Positions 51,284-62,525 of a stretch of DNA of 64,000 nt are shown here, one piece after another. The stretch comes from an uncultured cyanobacterium (lineage in GTDB: Bacteria > Cyanobacteriota > Cyanobacteriia > Cyanobacteriales > CAWUOF01), in contig CAVUSO010000001.1 in NCBI GenBank assembly GCA_963744145.1, positions 2,432,001-2,496,000 of the forward strand, in the 5' to 3' direction. A program made the translations under genes and the position numbers. The first letter of the stretch is position 1. Each line of letters starts with the position of its first letter. The notes beneath the pieces are model-generated. The model was not told the origin of the DNA. It saw only the letters and a list, made by a program, of their open reading frames with translations, and searched no databases.

Positions 51284-51484
51284 ATGCAATCACCATCGCA
51301 TCTATATCACAATTCCATCGCGGAAATATTTTTTCAAGTTTGGCGCTATGGTATGATCACTCGGAATCATCGTCAACAGCTATGCTTGGCGATTTTAGGA
51401 GATGCTATGAACGAAGAAGAGTGTCATGCAATTAATCGATTATTTCATGCAGTTCGTCGAGGTTGGCTGAAATTAATTGACTAA
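51284..51484 (+). CDS. Small cyanobacterial hypothetical protein
   Basis: IAEIFFQV...EEECHAINRLFHAVRRG.LK pattern. Confidence 0.7.
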   Translation: MQSPSHLYHNSIAEIFFQVWRYGMITRNHRQQLCLAILGDAMNEEECHAINRLFHAVRRGWLKLID

Positions 51485-51504
51485 ATCTGGACCTGTTTGC
51501 TGCT

Positions 51505-52101
51505 TCATTTACGACCCCAAGTTGACTCATCCCACCGAGGTACACCTTTGGTAATGTCTCCCCAAACTAGATTTGATTCGTTTCCGTCCAGGTTTTCTAG
51601 CGATCGCACTGGTATTTTACTTTCCATGTCCCATGGGATTTGATGACTAGGGTTCGGGACTCGAGATGAGCCGGTCGGATTAGAATATTGATAAAGTTGT
51701 AATTGGATCAGTGCCACTCCATTAGCTAAATTTGTTAATGTTTCCTTCAATTCTTCAATTTGTTGAATTTCATACCTAGCATTAAATTTTTCCGTTAGTT
51801 CCTCTACCTGAGTTTTTATCGGTGCTATGGTTTCTTCTAAGACACCTTGTTGTTGCTGAAGTTTGTGGATCGATTCTTTGACCCGAAATAGATCTTGGTC
51901 TACCAACATAATCGCAGCTAAAGTTTTGATCCTGGTCTGTTGTTCAAAACGATAACGATTAGTCAAGTTCAGTAATAAGGATAAAGACAAGGGGGTCGCA
52001 CAGAAAATTATCTTCCCAGAAATTACAGCCATGACTGTACCAACCACAGAACCAAATAGAGCCAGAGATTCGGCAATTTCTAACCAAGGAAATTTATTCA
52101 T
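51505..52101 (-). CDS. Hypothetical membrane-anchored coiled-coil protein
   Basis: WLEIAE...PLSLSLLLNLTNRYR N-terminus, then coiled coil. Confidence 0.7.
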   Translation of the reverse strand: MNKFPWLEIAESLALFGSVVGTVMAVISGKIIFCATPLSLSLLLNLTNRYRFEQQTRIKTLAAIMLVDQDLFRVKESIHKLQQQQGVLEETIAPIKTQVEELTEKFNARYEIQQIEELKETLTNLANGVALIQLQLYQYSNPTGSSRVPNPSHQIPWDMESKIPVRSLENLDGNESNLVWGDITKGVPRWDESTWGRK

Positions 52102-52358
52102 AATTTTAGTCAGTTTTATGATTAAGGATAGATTTTCATAAAAAAACTCTAGCAAAAATAGTTATTTTTTTTTATTATTTCTGAGAAAAATGTAGTAAAA
52201 AAAGTCTTTACTACTTTGATTAATCGATTCAGGTATTGTCTATATCATATTTTGCCAATTTTGTCAATAGCATTTATGACTAAGTTAGATAGTCTTAGCT
52301 AAACCAGCATTTCATCATGGGTTCAAACCAGCAAAGCGATCGCGGAACCTAACCCCGT

Positions 52359-52961
52359 TCAACCAGCAATACTTTTCAATAAAATTCCTAAAATTTTATC
52401 CACATTGTTAATATAGTATTCGCTCAAGTCGATGGATATGATAGTACCATTTAATTGAAGAAATTGCCACATATTTCCGGTTGTCACTGCACCATAAATT
52501 AGATCAATTGCATTTCCTTCTTGTTGGTTAAATATCTGTGCTGCTAACATTGCTGCCGCACATTGTGCTAATCCAACTTTAATATTTTCATTCTTCGCTT
52601 CTATAATAATCAAAACCGGAGCATTAATGGTTAGCTGTTCCTTAGCACGACTGATGACAAAATCGCAGTATCCATTTAACCCCTTTTCAGCATCAACATT
52701 AAATTCCGTCCCTGAAAATAAACTAACCTGGTAATTTGCTCTACGTCTAACTTCTAACAACACTGGGGCAATAATCATTTCTGAACGAGCTTTTTCCGTG
52801 CTAATCGCTAGAGCTAGTGGGACATTTTCTTGTAAACCTATAGTTAGATAATCGCTAGGTGTTACAGGTTCAATCATCGCAAATAGATCCGGTTGTTCAT
52901 CGATCTGGATACCAAATATTTTTTTAAATTTAGTTAAACTTGTAAAATCACTATAAGCCAT
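52359..52961 (-). CDS. PD-(D/E)XK-fold hypothetical protein
   Basis: EKARSE, GYCDF, IIEAK, QCAAAM, GAVTTG. Confidence 0.75.
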   Translation of the reverse strand: MAYSDFTSLTKFKKIFGIQIDEQPDLFAMIEPVTPSDYLTIGLQENVPLALAISTEKARSEMIIAPVLLEVRRRANYQVSLFSGTEFNVDAEKGLNGYCDFVISRAKEQLTINAPVLIIIEAKNENIKVGLAQCAAAMLAAQIFNQQEGNAIDLIYGAVTTGNMWQFLQLNGTIISIDLSEYYINNVDKILGILLKSIAG

Positions 52962-53008
52962 GATTGACATCCTTTTAAATGGTCTTTTGACTAACAAGGT
53001 ATATTTTT

Positions 53009-54169
53009 ATGTCCTGGTACAACCGATTAAACAATTCTATCCTAGCCCAAGTAATTGTTTTGGCTGTAAGTTTATCTGGATTTGCACTCCTATTTTATTT
53101 TGGTCGTTTACCTGAACCAAATGAATCTACTCCTGACTTAATTGAAGCTTTACAGAACAGTAATCCTAAAATTAGGATGCAAGCTGCTTGGTCTTTAGGG
53201 AGCAAACATTCACAAAATCCAGTTGTTATTCCTGCTCTGATTAAAGCTTTAGATGATGATGATAGTAGAGTACGCACTCATGCTGTTAGTGCTTTAGAAT
53301 TTATGGGTCCTGAAGCTAAGATTGCTGTCCCAAATTTGTTAGGAGCTTTGGAGCGCGATCGGGATAGTTCAGTCCGAATTGCAGCTGGATTTGCACTAGC
53401 TAAACTAGATCAATCAAGCGCAGTTCCAGCGTTAATTAAAGTCTTACAGCAAGATCCAGATGGAATGGTTCGTGCTGATGCAGCGATCGCACTCGGAAGA
53501 ATTGGTCCGATCGCTCGTGCTGCGGTTCCTGCTTTAATCGATACTATGCACCAGCAAAATCATACCGGATGGCTAGAATTTAACTCAACAATTCGTCCTA
53601 ATGTAGCAGAAGCACTCGGAAATATTGGTCCCGATGCTGTTGCTGCTGTTCCGATTTTGACCGAAGCTTTAACAGATAATGATGCTTATACCCGTTGGGA
53701 ATCAGCGGAAGCTTTAATGAAAATTGGTCCGGGAGCGCGTGCAGCAATTCCAGTTTTGATGGAAACCTTACAGCATGATGGTGATGTGAAAGTGCGATCG
53801 CGTTGTGCTTTCGCGATCGGAAAGATTGATCCTACTCCAAGCGCAATTCCTACTCTTTTACCAATTCTCAATCAAGATCCAGACCCACAAGTCCGCGCTT
53901 ATGCTGCTTTTAGTTTAGCGCGAATCCGCAATCAAGGACAGGGAAAAATTACCAATCTTGATGCTACACTTACCGCAACTGTACCCCAACTGATCGAAAT
54001 GCTAAAAAATGAAGATCCTAATAATCGTGTAAGTGCAGTATTAGCTTTGGGAGAAATGGGTAATACTGCTCAAGCAGCGATTCCCGCATTAACCGAAGTG
54101 CTAAAAGATCATAATGATTATGTGCGTACTAGCGCAGTTAATGCTTTAAAGCGGATCAAAAAAATATGA
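53009..54169 (+). CDS. Membrane-anchored HEAT (PBS-lyase-like) repeat protein
   Basis: N-terminal TM; repeated VR..AA.ALG.IG...AVP.L. Confidence 0.9.
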   Translation: MSWYNRLNNSILAQVIVLAVSLSGFALLFYFGRLPEPNESTPDLIEALQNSNPKIRMQAAWSLGSKHSQNPVVIPALIKALDDDDSRVRTHAVSALEFMGPEAKIAVPNLLGALERDRDSSVRIAAGFALAKLDQSSAVPALIKVLQQDPDGMVRADAAIALGRIGPIARAAVPALIDTMHQQNHTGWLEFNSTIRPNVAEALGNIGPDAVAAVPILTEALTDNDAYTRWESAEALMKIGPGARAAIPVLMETLQHDGDVKVRSRCAFAIGKIDPTPSAIPTLLPILNQDPDPQVRAYAAFSLARIRNQGQGKITNLDATLTATVPQLIEMLKNEDPNNRVSAVLALGEMGNTAQAAIPALTEVLKDHNDYVRTSAVNALKRIKKI

Positions 54170-54978
54170 ATAAAACAGTTTTCATTACAGGTGCTTCGAG
54201 CGGAATTGGTAAAGCAACTGCTGCACTTTTTGCTCAAGAAGGTTGGGACGTAGTAGCTACAGTGCGATCGCCCGAACGTTCTCTCGATTTAGCTCAATTA
54301 CCAAGGGTGACAGTGTTACGTTTAGATGTGACAGATCCTGCTACAATTGAGCAGGCGATCGCCCAAGCTTTAGCTAAATTTAGTCAAATTGATGTTTTAG
54401 TAAATAATGCTGGATATGCTGTAGTTGGTGCATTTGAAACCGCTACCCCAAACCAGATATTACAACAATTTGATACTAATGTTTTTGGATTAATGAATGT
54501 GACTCGTGCGATCTTACCACATTTTCGTCATCAAAAACGTGGTATTATTATTAATGTTGCTTCTGTTGGTGGTCGGTTGACATTTCCACTGTATAGTTTA
54601 TATCATGCAACTAAGTGGGCAGTAGAAGGATTTTCGGAATCATTACAATATGAATTAGCACCTCTAGGAATTCGGGTAAAAATCATTGAACCTGGACCAA
54701 TTAAAACAGACTTTTATGAGCGATCGATGGATATAATATCTCGACCGGATCTAACTGACTATGATAAAATTATTCAACAAGCAATGCCAACTATGCAAAA
54801 AGCTGGAACGAATGGAGCTACACCGGAATTAGTCGCTCAAGTGATCTATAAAGCTGCGACTGATCACAGTAATAAACTCCGTTATAGTGCTAATTCAGCG
54901 TTATTATTAATGCTGCGAAAGCTATTACCAGATAGTCTATTTTTTCAAATAGTTCGGCAAGTTATTTTTACCAAATAG
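54166..54978 (+). CDS. Short-chain dehydrogenase/reductase
   Basis: TGASSGIG, NNAG, YHATK. Confidence 0.95.
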   Translation: MNKTVFITGASSGIGKATAALFAQEGWDVVATVRSPERSLDLAQLPRVTVLRLDVTDPATIEQAIAQALAKFSQIDVLVNNAGYAVVGAFETATPNQILQQFDTNVFGLMNVTRAILPHFRHQKRGIIINVASVGGRLTFPLYSLYHATKWAVEGFSESLQYELAPLGIRVKIIEPGPIKTDFYERSMDIISRPDLTDYDKIIQQAMPTMQKAGTNGATPELVAQVIYKAATDHSNKLRYSANSALLLMLRKLLPDSLFFQIVRQVIFTK

Positions 54979-55212
54979 CAGGGAAAATTGAAAATTATTA
55001 CTTGATCTATCTAAAAATAGGTAGTTTTATTCGCAATTAGCTCCCTCATACCTGGAGCAGAGATATTTTATGCTCTCTGCTCAATCATCCGACCTAACCC
55101 CCCAACCTGACTTTTCCCGTTAAGTCCTGAAAACGATATATACCAAAGGTTATAGGATATCCCAATGGGTCAATTTATAAAAGTGTTCTTTACTATAGTC
55201 CATGGTGAAATT

Positions 55213-55491
55213 ATGAATGAAGTTATTCTAGAGAGTGAGGTAGGAGTAGATTATACTCCTCTTCGAGACTTATTAGCTGCTGGGAAATGGAAAGATGCTG
55301 ATGAAAAAACTTATTATCTTGTACTTAAAGCTGCTAATCGCAAAAAAGAAGGATATCTCATTGGTGATGATTGGTTAAGGTTTCCCTGTAAAGACTTTCG
55401 CACCATAGATCAGTTATGGGTAAAATATTCTGATGGTCATTTTGGGTTTAGTATTCAAAAACAAATATGGCACTCCAAAACCAACCAATGA
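55213..55491 (+). pseudogene. GUN4-domain gene, copy 1 (3'-truncated)
   Basis: SEVGVDY..LRDLLAAGKWKDAD..T...FPCKD..TIDQLWVKYS.GHFGFSIQK.IW, then joins spacer sequence. Confidence 0.85.
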
Positions 55492-55565
55492 TAGAAAGCG
55501 ATAGTCCTCACCCCTAGACATACCAATGGCCATGTATTATCATGGAATAAAAACATGGTGAAATT

Positions 55566-56044
55566 ATGAGTGAAATTATTCTAGAGAGTGAAGTAGGAGT
55601 AGATTACAGTCATCTACGAGACTTATTAGCTAATGGGAACAAGATGCCGATGAGGAAACTTACAGACTTGTACTTAAAGCTGCTAATCGCGAAAAACAAG
55701 AATATCTTTCAGGTGAGGATTGGTTAAATTTTCCATCTAAAGACCTTCGGACTATAAATCAGTTATGGGTACAACACTCAAATGGTCATTTTGGGTTTAG
55801 TGTCCAAAAAAAAATCTGGGAAAGCAATGATGTTGGGGGTCATCCAGATGCTGAAATAAATATTCATCGCAAATTTGGTGAAAAAATAGGTTGGAGGAAA
55901 GCAGGAAGATGGTTAGATTATCCTGACCTAAAGTTTAATATTGATGCTCCAATAGGACATTTACCTGCTAGAGGTGGATGTGCATTTTGTTGGTTTTTAA
56001 AAGAGGTTATCTGGGGGGATCTTTTCTCACGCAAAGACTTGTAA
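55566..56044 (+). pseudogene. GUN4-domain gene, copy 2 (frameshift at ~55638)
   Basis: GGGAA-CAAGATGCC lacks 4 nt relative to copy 1; downstream frame ...APIGHLP...LFSRKDL*. Confidence 0.85.
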
Positions 56045-56209
56045 GCTGTAATATACAAAACTCATCTATTAATAATAGCGATCGCACTCCCAACCCACAC
56101 CAAAGCGATCGCACTCCAAAAGAAACCTAACGATAGAATGCGATCGCACTAAATCCTAGACATGATCAAAGACCATCTATTATTATAGAATTAAAACCTT
56201 GGTCAAGTT

Positions 56210-56711
56210 ATGCTTGAAAGTGAAGTAGGAATAGATTACAGTAATCTCCGTGATTTATTAGCTGCTGAGAAATGGCAAAAAGCTGATGAAGAAACTTGGA
56301 AGCTTATGTTAAAAACTGTTAATCGTGAAAAACAAGGCTCGCCTTGAGCCTAAAGATTGGCTTGAATTCCCCTGTAAAGACCTTCACACTATAGATCAGT
56401 TATGGGTAAAATATTCTGATGGTCGTTTTGGTTTGAGTATTCAAAAAACAATATGGGAAAGTATTGGAGGAAATTTAAATGGAAATTATGAAATAATAAA
56501 GATATTTTCTGATCAAGTAGGTTGGTGGGAACAAGGGTCATTTTTATGCTATAGAGAGCTAACATTTAATTCAAAGAAAGCAAGGATCGGCCATTTGCCA
56601 GTTTTAGTTGACGATCATATGCTAGGTATTTGCGAATACTGGCTAGAGGGGTGTTGGGAGGTGGTTGATCGAAAATATCTTTTTTCTCGTGCAAAGATTT
56701 GTAACCTCTAA
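56210..56711 (+). pseudogene. GUN4-domain gene, copy 3 (+1 frameshift at ~56339)
   Basis: MLESEVGIDY...REKQG then the frame shifts into LEPKDWLEFPCKD...GHLP...LFSRAKICNL. Confidence 0.85.
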
Positions 56712-56894
56712 GATATAACGATTCTCCCATTAAATCAATTGTACAAGAAGCACACAGCGATCGCTATCTTGAAAAAATCTAGAAAACCATCAGAATTAAC
56801 TAGGGCTTTTACTGAAGAGTGGTTAGCGATCGCATTCGTTACAATCCCAGACTGATTGGTGGTTGGTGAATGCGATCGCATTAATTTTGCTCGC

Positions 56895-57119
56895 TTACCC
56901 GTTCATGACAAAGCGCAAGAACGCCGCCGCCGCCTCATCCTCGGTTGTATGCCGCTCCAACACGGTCTTACCCCCGCGCTCACTATAGTACACGATCCAC
57001 CCCAAACTGGAACGCTCAATGCCGTAGCACTCCCCGCTCCCAAGTCCTCCATCCGTCACGTATTTATACTCAGGGATTCCCGCATTGCGGATCAGGACCA
57101 GAGTCTCCGCCAGGTTCAT
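56895..57119 (-). CDS. Putative immunity protein for the TNT toxin
   Basis: 74 aa with W.VYYSERG...EDEA motif, directly downstream of and overlapping the corrected TNT gene. Confidence 0.7.
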   Translation of the reverse strand: MNLAETLVLIRNAGIPEYKYVTDGGLGSGECYGIERSSLGWIVYYSERGGKTVLERHTTEDEAAAAFLRFVMNG

Positions 57120-57577
57120 AAGATTCCACCTCTAACACGCCACTAGCAACCAACTTATAGGACCGGATCTCCGGACTGAAACTGTTTCGCCCCCCCCGGA
57201 TACCCAAACCACGACGCGGCATTGCATGACTTTACTTGCAGTGGCTTTATTACCTTATATACTCGGTAATCCATCTGCTTGCACACATACGGAACCGCAC
57301 GCGCTCCAAATGATTCTCCTTGTGGACTAAAAAATGTCCCCCCCTCACTCCCAAATCGATCAATCAACGTCCCAACCTGCAACGTTTCCGCAACAGGTGT
57401 CCCATCGCACCCATCATTCGGCGGCCAGGAAATTGTCGCCTTGTTATTCGCCCATTGAATCCATTGTGGCACCAAATCCCAACGCAAATTTCCAGACCAA
57501 CCAGACGGCGGCGCTCCTGCCGCTCCTACCATAAATGGGATAAAAACCAACATTAAAACCAATATTAGACGTTTCAT
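57070..57577 (-). pseudogene. Secreted TNT-domain (DUF4237) NAD+ glycohydrolase; +1 frameshift at ~57162 removes the C-terminal ~30 aa
   Basis: Signal peptide; WPPNDG...GTLIDRFG..G.F.SP....F..RAVP...Y.V...WFG.PGG..Q; removing one base restores DPAYKLVASGVLEVESY...PQCGNP*. Confidence 0.8.
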
Positions 57578-57693
57578 GATGACATCACAACCTTCCATTC
57601 CTATTTTCGTTGAACTCTAATGTCCCTAACGAGTAGGGAGACTTCTTCATAGACTAATATAATAGGATATTTACCTGATTTAATCTAGAAAAC

Positions 57694-57798
57694 TAAGGAA
57701 TAGAAATTAAATAACTAGCTCGTTTGTAGTAAGCCATGAGAGCGAAGGCAGCGCTTACTACGAACTAAATCATCAACTTATTTATTTTTCATTCCTAA
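57694..57798. repeat. MITE/REP-like element
   Basis: Outer inverted repeats around GTTTGTAGTAAGC...GCTTACTACGAAC. Confidence 0.55.
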
Positions 57799-58024
57799 GT
57801 TAATAATTTGTGGTTCTTGAATGCGATCGCGATAATTACCAAAAAAGGGTTAATGATGATGGAGCAATCAAACAAAATTGTTGCTCAAAACTTAGTCAAT
57901 CAAACCCCCCTTCCCGATCAGGGATAGGGAGTAATTAAGATGATTAATCTATGAGATTTAATCATATTCATTCTACTCCCCTCGTCCTTGTAGGAGAGGG
58001 GGTGGGGGAGAGGTCAAACAATTT

Positions 58025-59449
58025 TTAATCGCGACAAACTTGATTTACTACTCTTCCATCTGCTCCAATTAATTCAATTTGAAATGGCATTTGTCCGAAA
58101 GCATGGGTAGAACAGCTTAAACAAGGATCATAAGCTCTAATTCCCGCTTCCACCCGATTTAACATTCCTTCAGGAATTTCATTTCCATGAATGTAATGTT
58201 TAGCAATTTGAGCGATCGTTTTATTCATTGCTAGGTTATTCTGTCCCGTAGCAATAATCAGATTGACTTTTTTAATTAATCCATTTTCATCTACTTGATA
58301 GTGATGGATTAAAGTTCCCCGAGGTGCTTCACTCACACCGATTCCTTCAAGCTGATTGATCCCCGCAGTAGCACGAGTTCGCGGGGAAACGATATCGGGA
58401 TCGTTAACTAACTGTTCTATATATTCTAGACCAGCGAGGATTTCGATTAATCGTGCATAGTGATACAAGAATGATGATGTAGGAATTTTCCCAGCTCGAT
58501 CGCGAAATTCTTGTAATTGATTATCTGCTGCTGGTGTTCCCATGAATTGACAAACATTTAACCGAGCTAATGGTCCGACTCGATAAATTCCCGCAGGATA
58601 TCCTAATGGTTTATAGTAGGGAAATTTCAGATAAGACCAAGGTTCTACTGCTTCACCTAAAAAGTCTTGATAATTATCTTCACTCAAATTATCAGCGACA
58701 ATATTACCTTGACTATCCACAAAACGGAGATGACCACCGTAATGTTCCCAAACTCCATTTTGACCAACTAATCCCATAAATAAGGATGGAAATTCACCGA
58801 AAGTTTGAACTTCTGTGGAAAATTGATCTAAGAGACGTTTAAACAAAGCGATCGCTGTATTAATTGTGGTATAAGATTCTGGTAAGCGATCGCGAATCCA
58901 AGTACGTCCTTCTTCACTTAAAGGTGATCTTACTCCACCAGGTACAGCCCAAGCTGGGTGAATTTTTTTCGCACCTAATAACTCAATTACTTTTTGACCA
59001 AATTGACGTAACCGAATCCCACTTCTAGCTAAATCTGGATCAGCACTCATCAATCCAAATACATTACGAGTCGCAGGATCACTATCCCAACCTAACAGAA
59101 AATCTGGACTACTCAGATGAAAGAAACTTAAAGCATGGGATTGGACAATTTGTCCTAAATTCATCATCCGACGTAGTTTTTCACCCGCAACTGGAACTTT
59201 TACAGCTTGAATCTTATCTCCAGTTTTAGCCGAAGCTAACAAATGACTAACCGGACAAATCCCACAGATTCGAGCTGTAATTCCAGCCATTTCCCACATG
59301 GGACGACCTTCACAAAATTTCTCAAATCCCCGAAACTCTACCACATGAAACCGAGCATCAGATACTTCCCCAGCATCATCTAAAAAAATCGAAATTTTGG
59401 CGTGACCTTCAATCCGAGTTACAGGATCAATTACAATTGTTTTTGACAT
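58025..59449 (-). CDS. hoxH: Bidirectional NiFe hydrogenase large subunit
   Basis: [25 protein letters not shown]. Confidence 0.97.
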   Translation of the reverse strand: MSKTIVIDPVTRIEGHAKISIFLDDAGEVSDARFHVVEFRGFEKFCEGRPMWEMAGITARICGICPVSHLLASAKTGDKIQAVKVPVAGEKLRRMMNLGQIVQSHALSFFHLSSPDFLLGWDSDPATRNVFGLMSADPDLARSGIRLRQFGQKVIELLGAKKIHPAWAVPGGVRSPLSEEGRTWIRDRLPESYTTINTAIALFKRLLDQFSTEVQTFGEFPSLFMGLVGQNGVWEHYGGHLRFVDSQGNIVADNLSEDNYQDFLGEAVEPWSYLKFPYYKPLGYPAGIYRVGPLARLNVCQFMGTPAADNQLQEFRDRAGKIPTSSFLYHYARLIEILAGLEYIEQLVNDPDIVSPRTRATAGINQLEGIGVSEAPRGTLIHHYQVDENGLIKKVNLIIATGQNNLAMNKTIAQIAKHYIHGNEIPEGMLNRVEAGIRAYDPCLSCSTHAFGQMPFQIELIGADGRVVNQVCRD

Positions 59450-59534
59450 AAAATTCCCTCTTTTGCTTTTGTATGTAGTTGCGATCGGAAACCTCTAAAA
59501 AAGTCACGCGATCGCCAAATTCGTCAACCAATTT

Positions 59535-60080
59535 TTAGCCAAATTTAATCATAGTTCTTCCCACCATAGTTGGTTTCTTTCCTTGTAATAGTGGTTCAAT
59601 TGCTGCTTGAATTCTTGGTGCTGATGGTGGACATCCAGGAATATAGACATCAACCTTTACTACTTCATGAACTGGAAGCACCCGCTCTAGTAAGGGAGGA
59701 ACAATTCCTGGTTCATTTGGTAATTGTGCTGTCTGATCTCCTAGTTCCAAATAGGAACGTTTTAATACTGGTTCTGTTCCTTTGAGCATATTTCTCATCC
59801 CAGGAACATTAGCTGTCACCGCACAATCTCCGAAGGAAATTACTAATTTACTCCGTTCGCGGATTTTGTAGATAAGTTCGAGGTTATCTTCATTCGCGAT
59901 CGCACCTTCTACTAAAGCCACATCTACCCCTGTCGGATATTCTTTTATATCCGCGATCGGACTATAAACTAATTCGATGTGGTTAGCTAATTCAAACAGC
60001 CATTCATCGAGATCGAGAAAGGACATATGACATCCGGAACAACCACCTAACCAAACTGTGGCTAATTTTATCTTGTCCAT
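59535..60080 (-). CDS. hoxY: Bidirectional hydrogenase small subunit
   Basis: [17 protein letters not shown]. Confidence 0.97.
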   Translation of the reverse strand: MDKIKLATVWLGGCSGCHMSFLDLDEWLFELANHIELVYSPIADIKEYPTGVDVALVEGAIANEDNLELIYKIRERSKLVISFGDCAVTANVPGMRNMLKGTEPVLKRSYLELGDQTAQLPNEPGIVPPLLERVLPVHEVVKVDVYIPGCPPSAPRIQAAIEPLLQGKKPTMVGRTMIKFG

Positions 60081-60784
60081 TCTTTTTTCTCCCGAGCGTT
60101 AACAATAAATTCTAGTTTGTTGCGATCGTGAACCATTTCAGCAACAGTGGAACCTTTCCGGAAAATTGCTCCGGTCGGACAAGCATCTACACATTTACCG
60201 CAACTGGTACAAGCTGAAACTGTACCCCAAGGTTGATTTAAACCAGTCACGACTTTAGCTTGGGCTCCACGAAAAGCGACATCCCACACATGAGCCCCTT
60301 CAATTTCATCACAGACTCGAACACAGCGAGTACATAATACGCAACGGTTATGATCAACTCCATAGCGATCGTGGGAAATATCTACTTCTCTAGTCGGAAA
60401 AGTATAGGGAAAACGGGAGTGATCCATTCCCACTTCGATCGCTAAATTTTGCAGTTCGCAATTTTCATTAGAAACACAAACTGCACAAACATGATTCCCT
60501 TCCGCAAACAACATTTCGACGATCATTCGTCGGTATTCTTGAATCCGATCGTTATTGGTGTTAACTTTCATTCCTTCTGCTACTTGAGTCACACAAGCAG
60601 GTAAAAGTTTATTCACACCAACTACTTCCACAATACATAATCGACAAGCACCGACTTCAGAAATTCCTTCTAAATGACATAAAGTAGGAATCCGAATTCC
60701 CATAGTTTGTGCTGCTTGTAAAATCGTTTGATTTTCTTCAACAGCCACATCAATACCATCAATGACTAGGGTTTTGACTGACAT
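60068..60784 (-). CDS. hoxU: Diaphorase Fe-S subunit
   Basis: IPTLCH...[29 protein letters not shown]. Confidence 0.97.
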   Translation of the reverse strand: MSVKTLVIDGIDVAVEENQTILQAAQTMGIRIPTLCHLEGISEVGACRLCIVEVVGVNKLLPACVTQVAEGMKVNTNNDRIQEYRRMIVEMLFAEGNHVCAVCVSNENCELQNLAIEVGMDHSRFPYTFPTREVDISHDRYGVDHNRCVLCTRCVRVCDEIEGAHVWDVAFRGAQAKVVTGLNQPWGTVSACTSCGKCVDACPTGAIFRKGSTVAEMVHDRNKLEFIVNAREKKEWTR

Positions 60785-60811
60785 AATCCTTCCTTTTCCC
60801 GCTCCGGTTTT

Positions 60812-62449
60812 CTAAGTTCTAGCTGCTACTGGTTGATGACTCGGTGCTGTTTTACCATTGAGACTTTGTTGAATTAGCGCTAGATATTCTTCACGGAAAT
60901 AGCGCATGGTACTTAGCACGGGGTTGGGTGCAGACTGTCCTAAACCACAGAGACTGGTATTTTTCACCATGTCGCAAAGTGCTTCTAGTTTATCTAAGTC
61001 AGCGAGGGTCGCTTCTCCTTTGAGGATTTTAGTTAATGCTTGGTACATTTGGGCTGTACCTGCGCGACAGGGAATACATTTTCCACAGGTTTCTTCCCGA
61101 CAGAAGTCCATATAAAATTTGGCAACTTCTACCATACTGGTCCCTTCATCCATGACTACCATCCCCCCAGAACCCATCATGGAGCCGATTTTGACGAGGG
61201 ATTCATAATCTACAGTTGTATCTAACATTGACGCGGGAATACAACCACCGGATGGTCCACCAGTTTGGACTGCTTTTACTTGACCATCGGGAACACCACC
61301 ACCCATTTCTTCGACGATTTCCCGGAGGGTAATACCCATGGGGACTTCGATTAAGCCATTGTTACTGATTTTCCCCGTCAGAGCAAAAACTTTGGTGCCT
61401 TTACTTTTTTCTGTACCAATACTGGCATACCATTCTGCACCTTCGCGAATGATCGCTGCAATATTAGCAAAGGTTTCCACGTTATTGATCAAAGTTGGAC
61501 AATCCCAGAGTCCGGATACTGCTGGATAGGGAGGACGGGGACTAGGAATACCGCGTCCACCTTCGATCGAAGAGATCAGAGCAGTTTCTTCACCACAAAC
61601 AAATGCTCCAGCACCGATGCGAATATCGATTTTGAAGTCAAAGTGAGAATCGAAGATTTGACTACCGAGAATCCCTAATCGTTTCGCTTGTTTAATCGCG
61701 ATTTGTAAACGTTCGATCGCTAAAGGATATTCAGCTCGGACGTAAATAAATCCTTCACTAGCACCAACCGCATAAGCACCGATCGCCATTCCTTCTAAAA
61801 CTCGATGGGGATCGCTTTCTAAAACGGAACGATCCATGAAAGCACCTGGATCTCCTTCATCTCCATTACAGATCACAAATTTCCGACCTTCGGGCATTTT
61901 GGCGACAGTTGCCCATTTTAATCCGGTGGGATAACCACCACCACCACGTCCTCTTAATCCGCTTTTGGTAATTTGTTCAATGACATCGCTTGGTTTCATG
62001 TCATGGATGACTTTGTAGAGAGATTGATATCCACCTTTAGCGATATATTCTTCAATTTTTTCCGGGTCAATTATCCCACTTGTTTCCCGGACAATTCGCA
62101 TTTGACGCGCAAAAAATGGGTGTTGGAGATTACCTTCTTTAGCTGTAGCTGTACCACCATCAAGAGCTTTGATAATACTCGCTGCATCTTCTGGGGTGAC
62201 TTGTTCGTAAAGTTTACCTTTTGATTCGATTTCTACTAAGGGACCGCGTCCGCAAAATCCCATACAACCTACACCTACTACCTGAACCCAATCGCCTATT
62301 CCTGTTTCTTTGACTGCTGTTTCTAGGTTTTTCTTCACACCAATTGAGTTAGCAGCTTGACAACCGGTAGAAGTGCAACAATAAACACGGGTTTCTTTTT
62401 GACTGTTGCGTTCTTTTTCGCCAATTGCTATCAGTTCAGTTAAATCCAT
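60812..62449 (-). CDS. hoxF: Diaphorase FMN/NAD subunit
   Basis: GLRGRGGGGYP, GAFVCGEE, CGKCIPCR, CGLG. Confidence 0.97.
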   Translation of the reverse strand: MDLTELIAIGEKERNSQKETRVYCCTSTGCQAANSIGVKKNLETAVKETGIGDWVQVVGVGCMGFCGRGPLVEIESKGKLYEQVTPEDAASIIKALDGGTATAKEGNLQHPFFARQMRIVRETSGIIDPEKIEEYIAKGGYQSLYKVIHDMKPSDVIEQITKSGLRGRGGGGYPTGLKWATVAKMPEGRKFVICNGDEGDPGAFMDRSVLESDPHRVLEGMAIGAYAVGASEGFIYVRAEYPLAIERLQIAIKQAKRLGILGSQIFDSHFDFKIDIRIGAGAFVCGEETALISSIEGGRGIPSPRPPYPAVSGLWDCPTLINNVETFANIAAIIREGAEWYASIGTEKSKGTKVFALTGKISNNGLIEVPMGITLREIVEEMGGGVPDGQVKAVQTGGPSGGCIPASMLDTTVDYESLVKIGSMMGSGGMVVMDEGTSMVEVAKFYMDFCREETCGKCIPCRAGTAQMYQALTKILKGEATLADLDKLEALCDMVKNTSLCGLGQSAPNPVLSTMRYFREEYLALIQQSLNGKTAPSHQPVAART

Positions 62450-62525
62450 ACTGTTTAGCCTTTTTTCAGTCCTTTATTAATCACTTACATATCTCATCAA
62501 TAGTCGTTTTGGTGATAATTTCTCC

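Noticed and set aside
55213..56711. Possible diversity-generating retroelement (variable GUN4 C-termini)
   Set aside because: No reverse transcriptase and no TR/VR pair differing only at adenines in the window.
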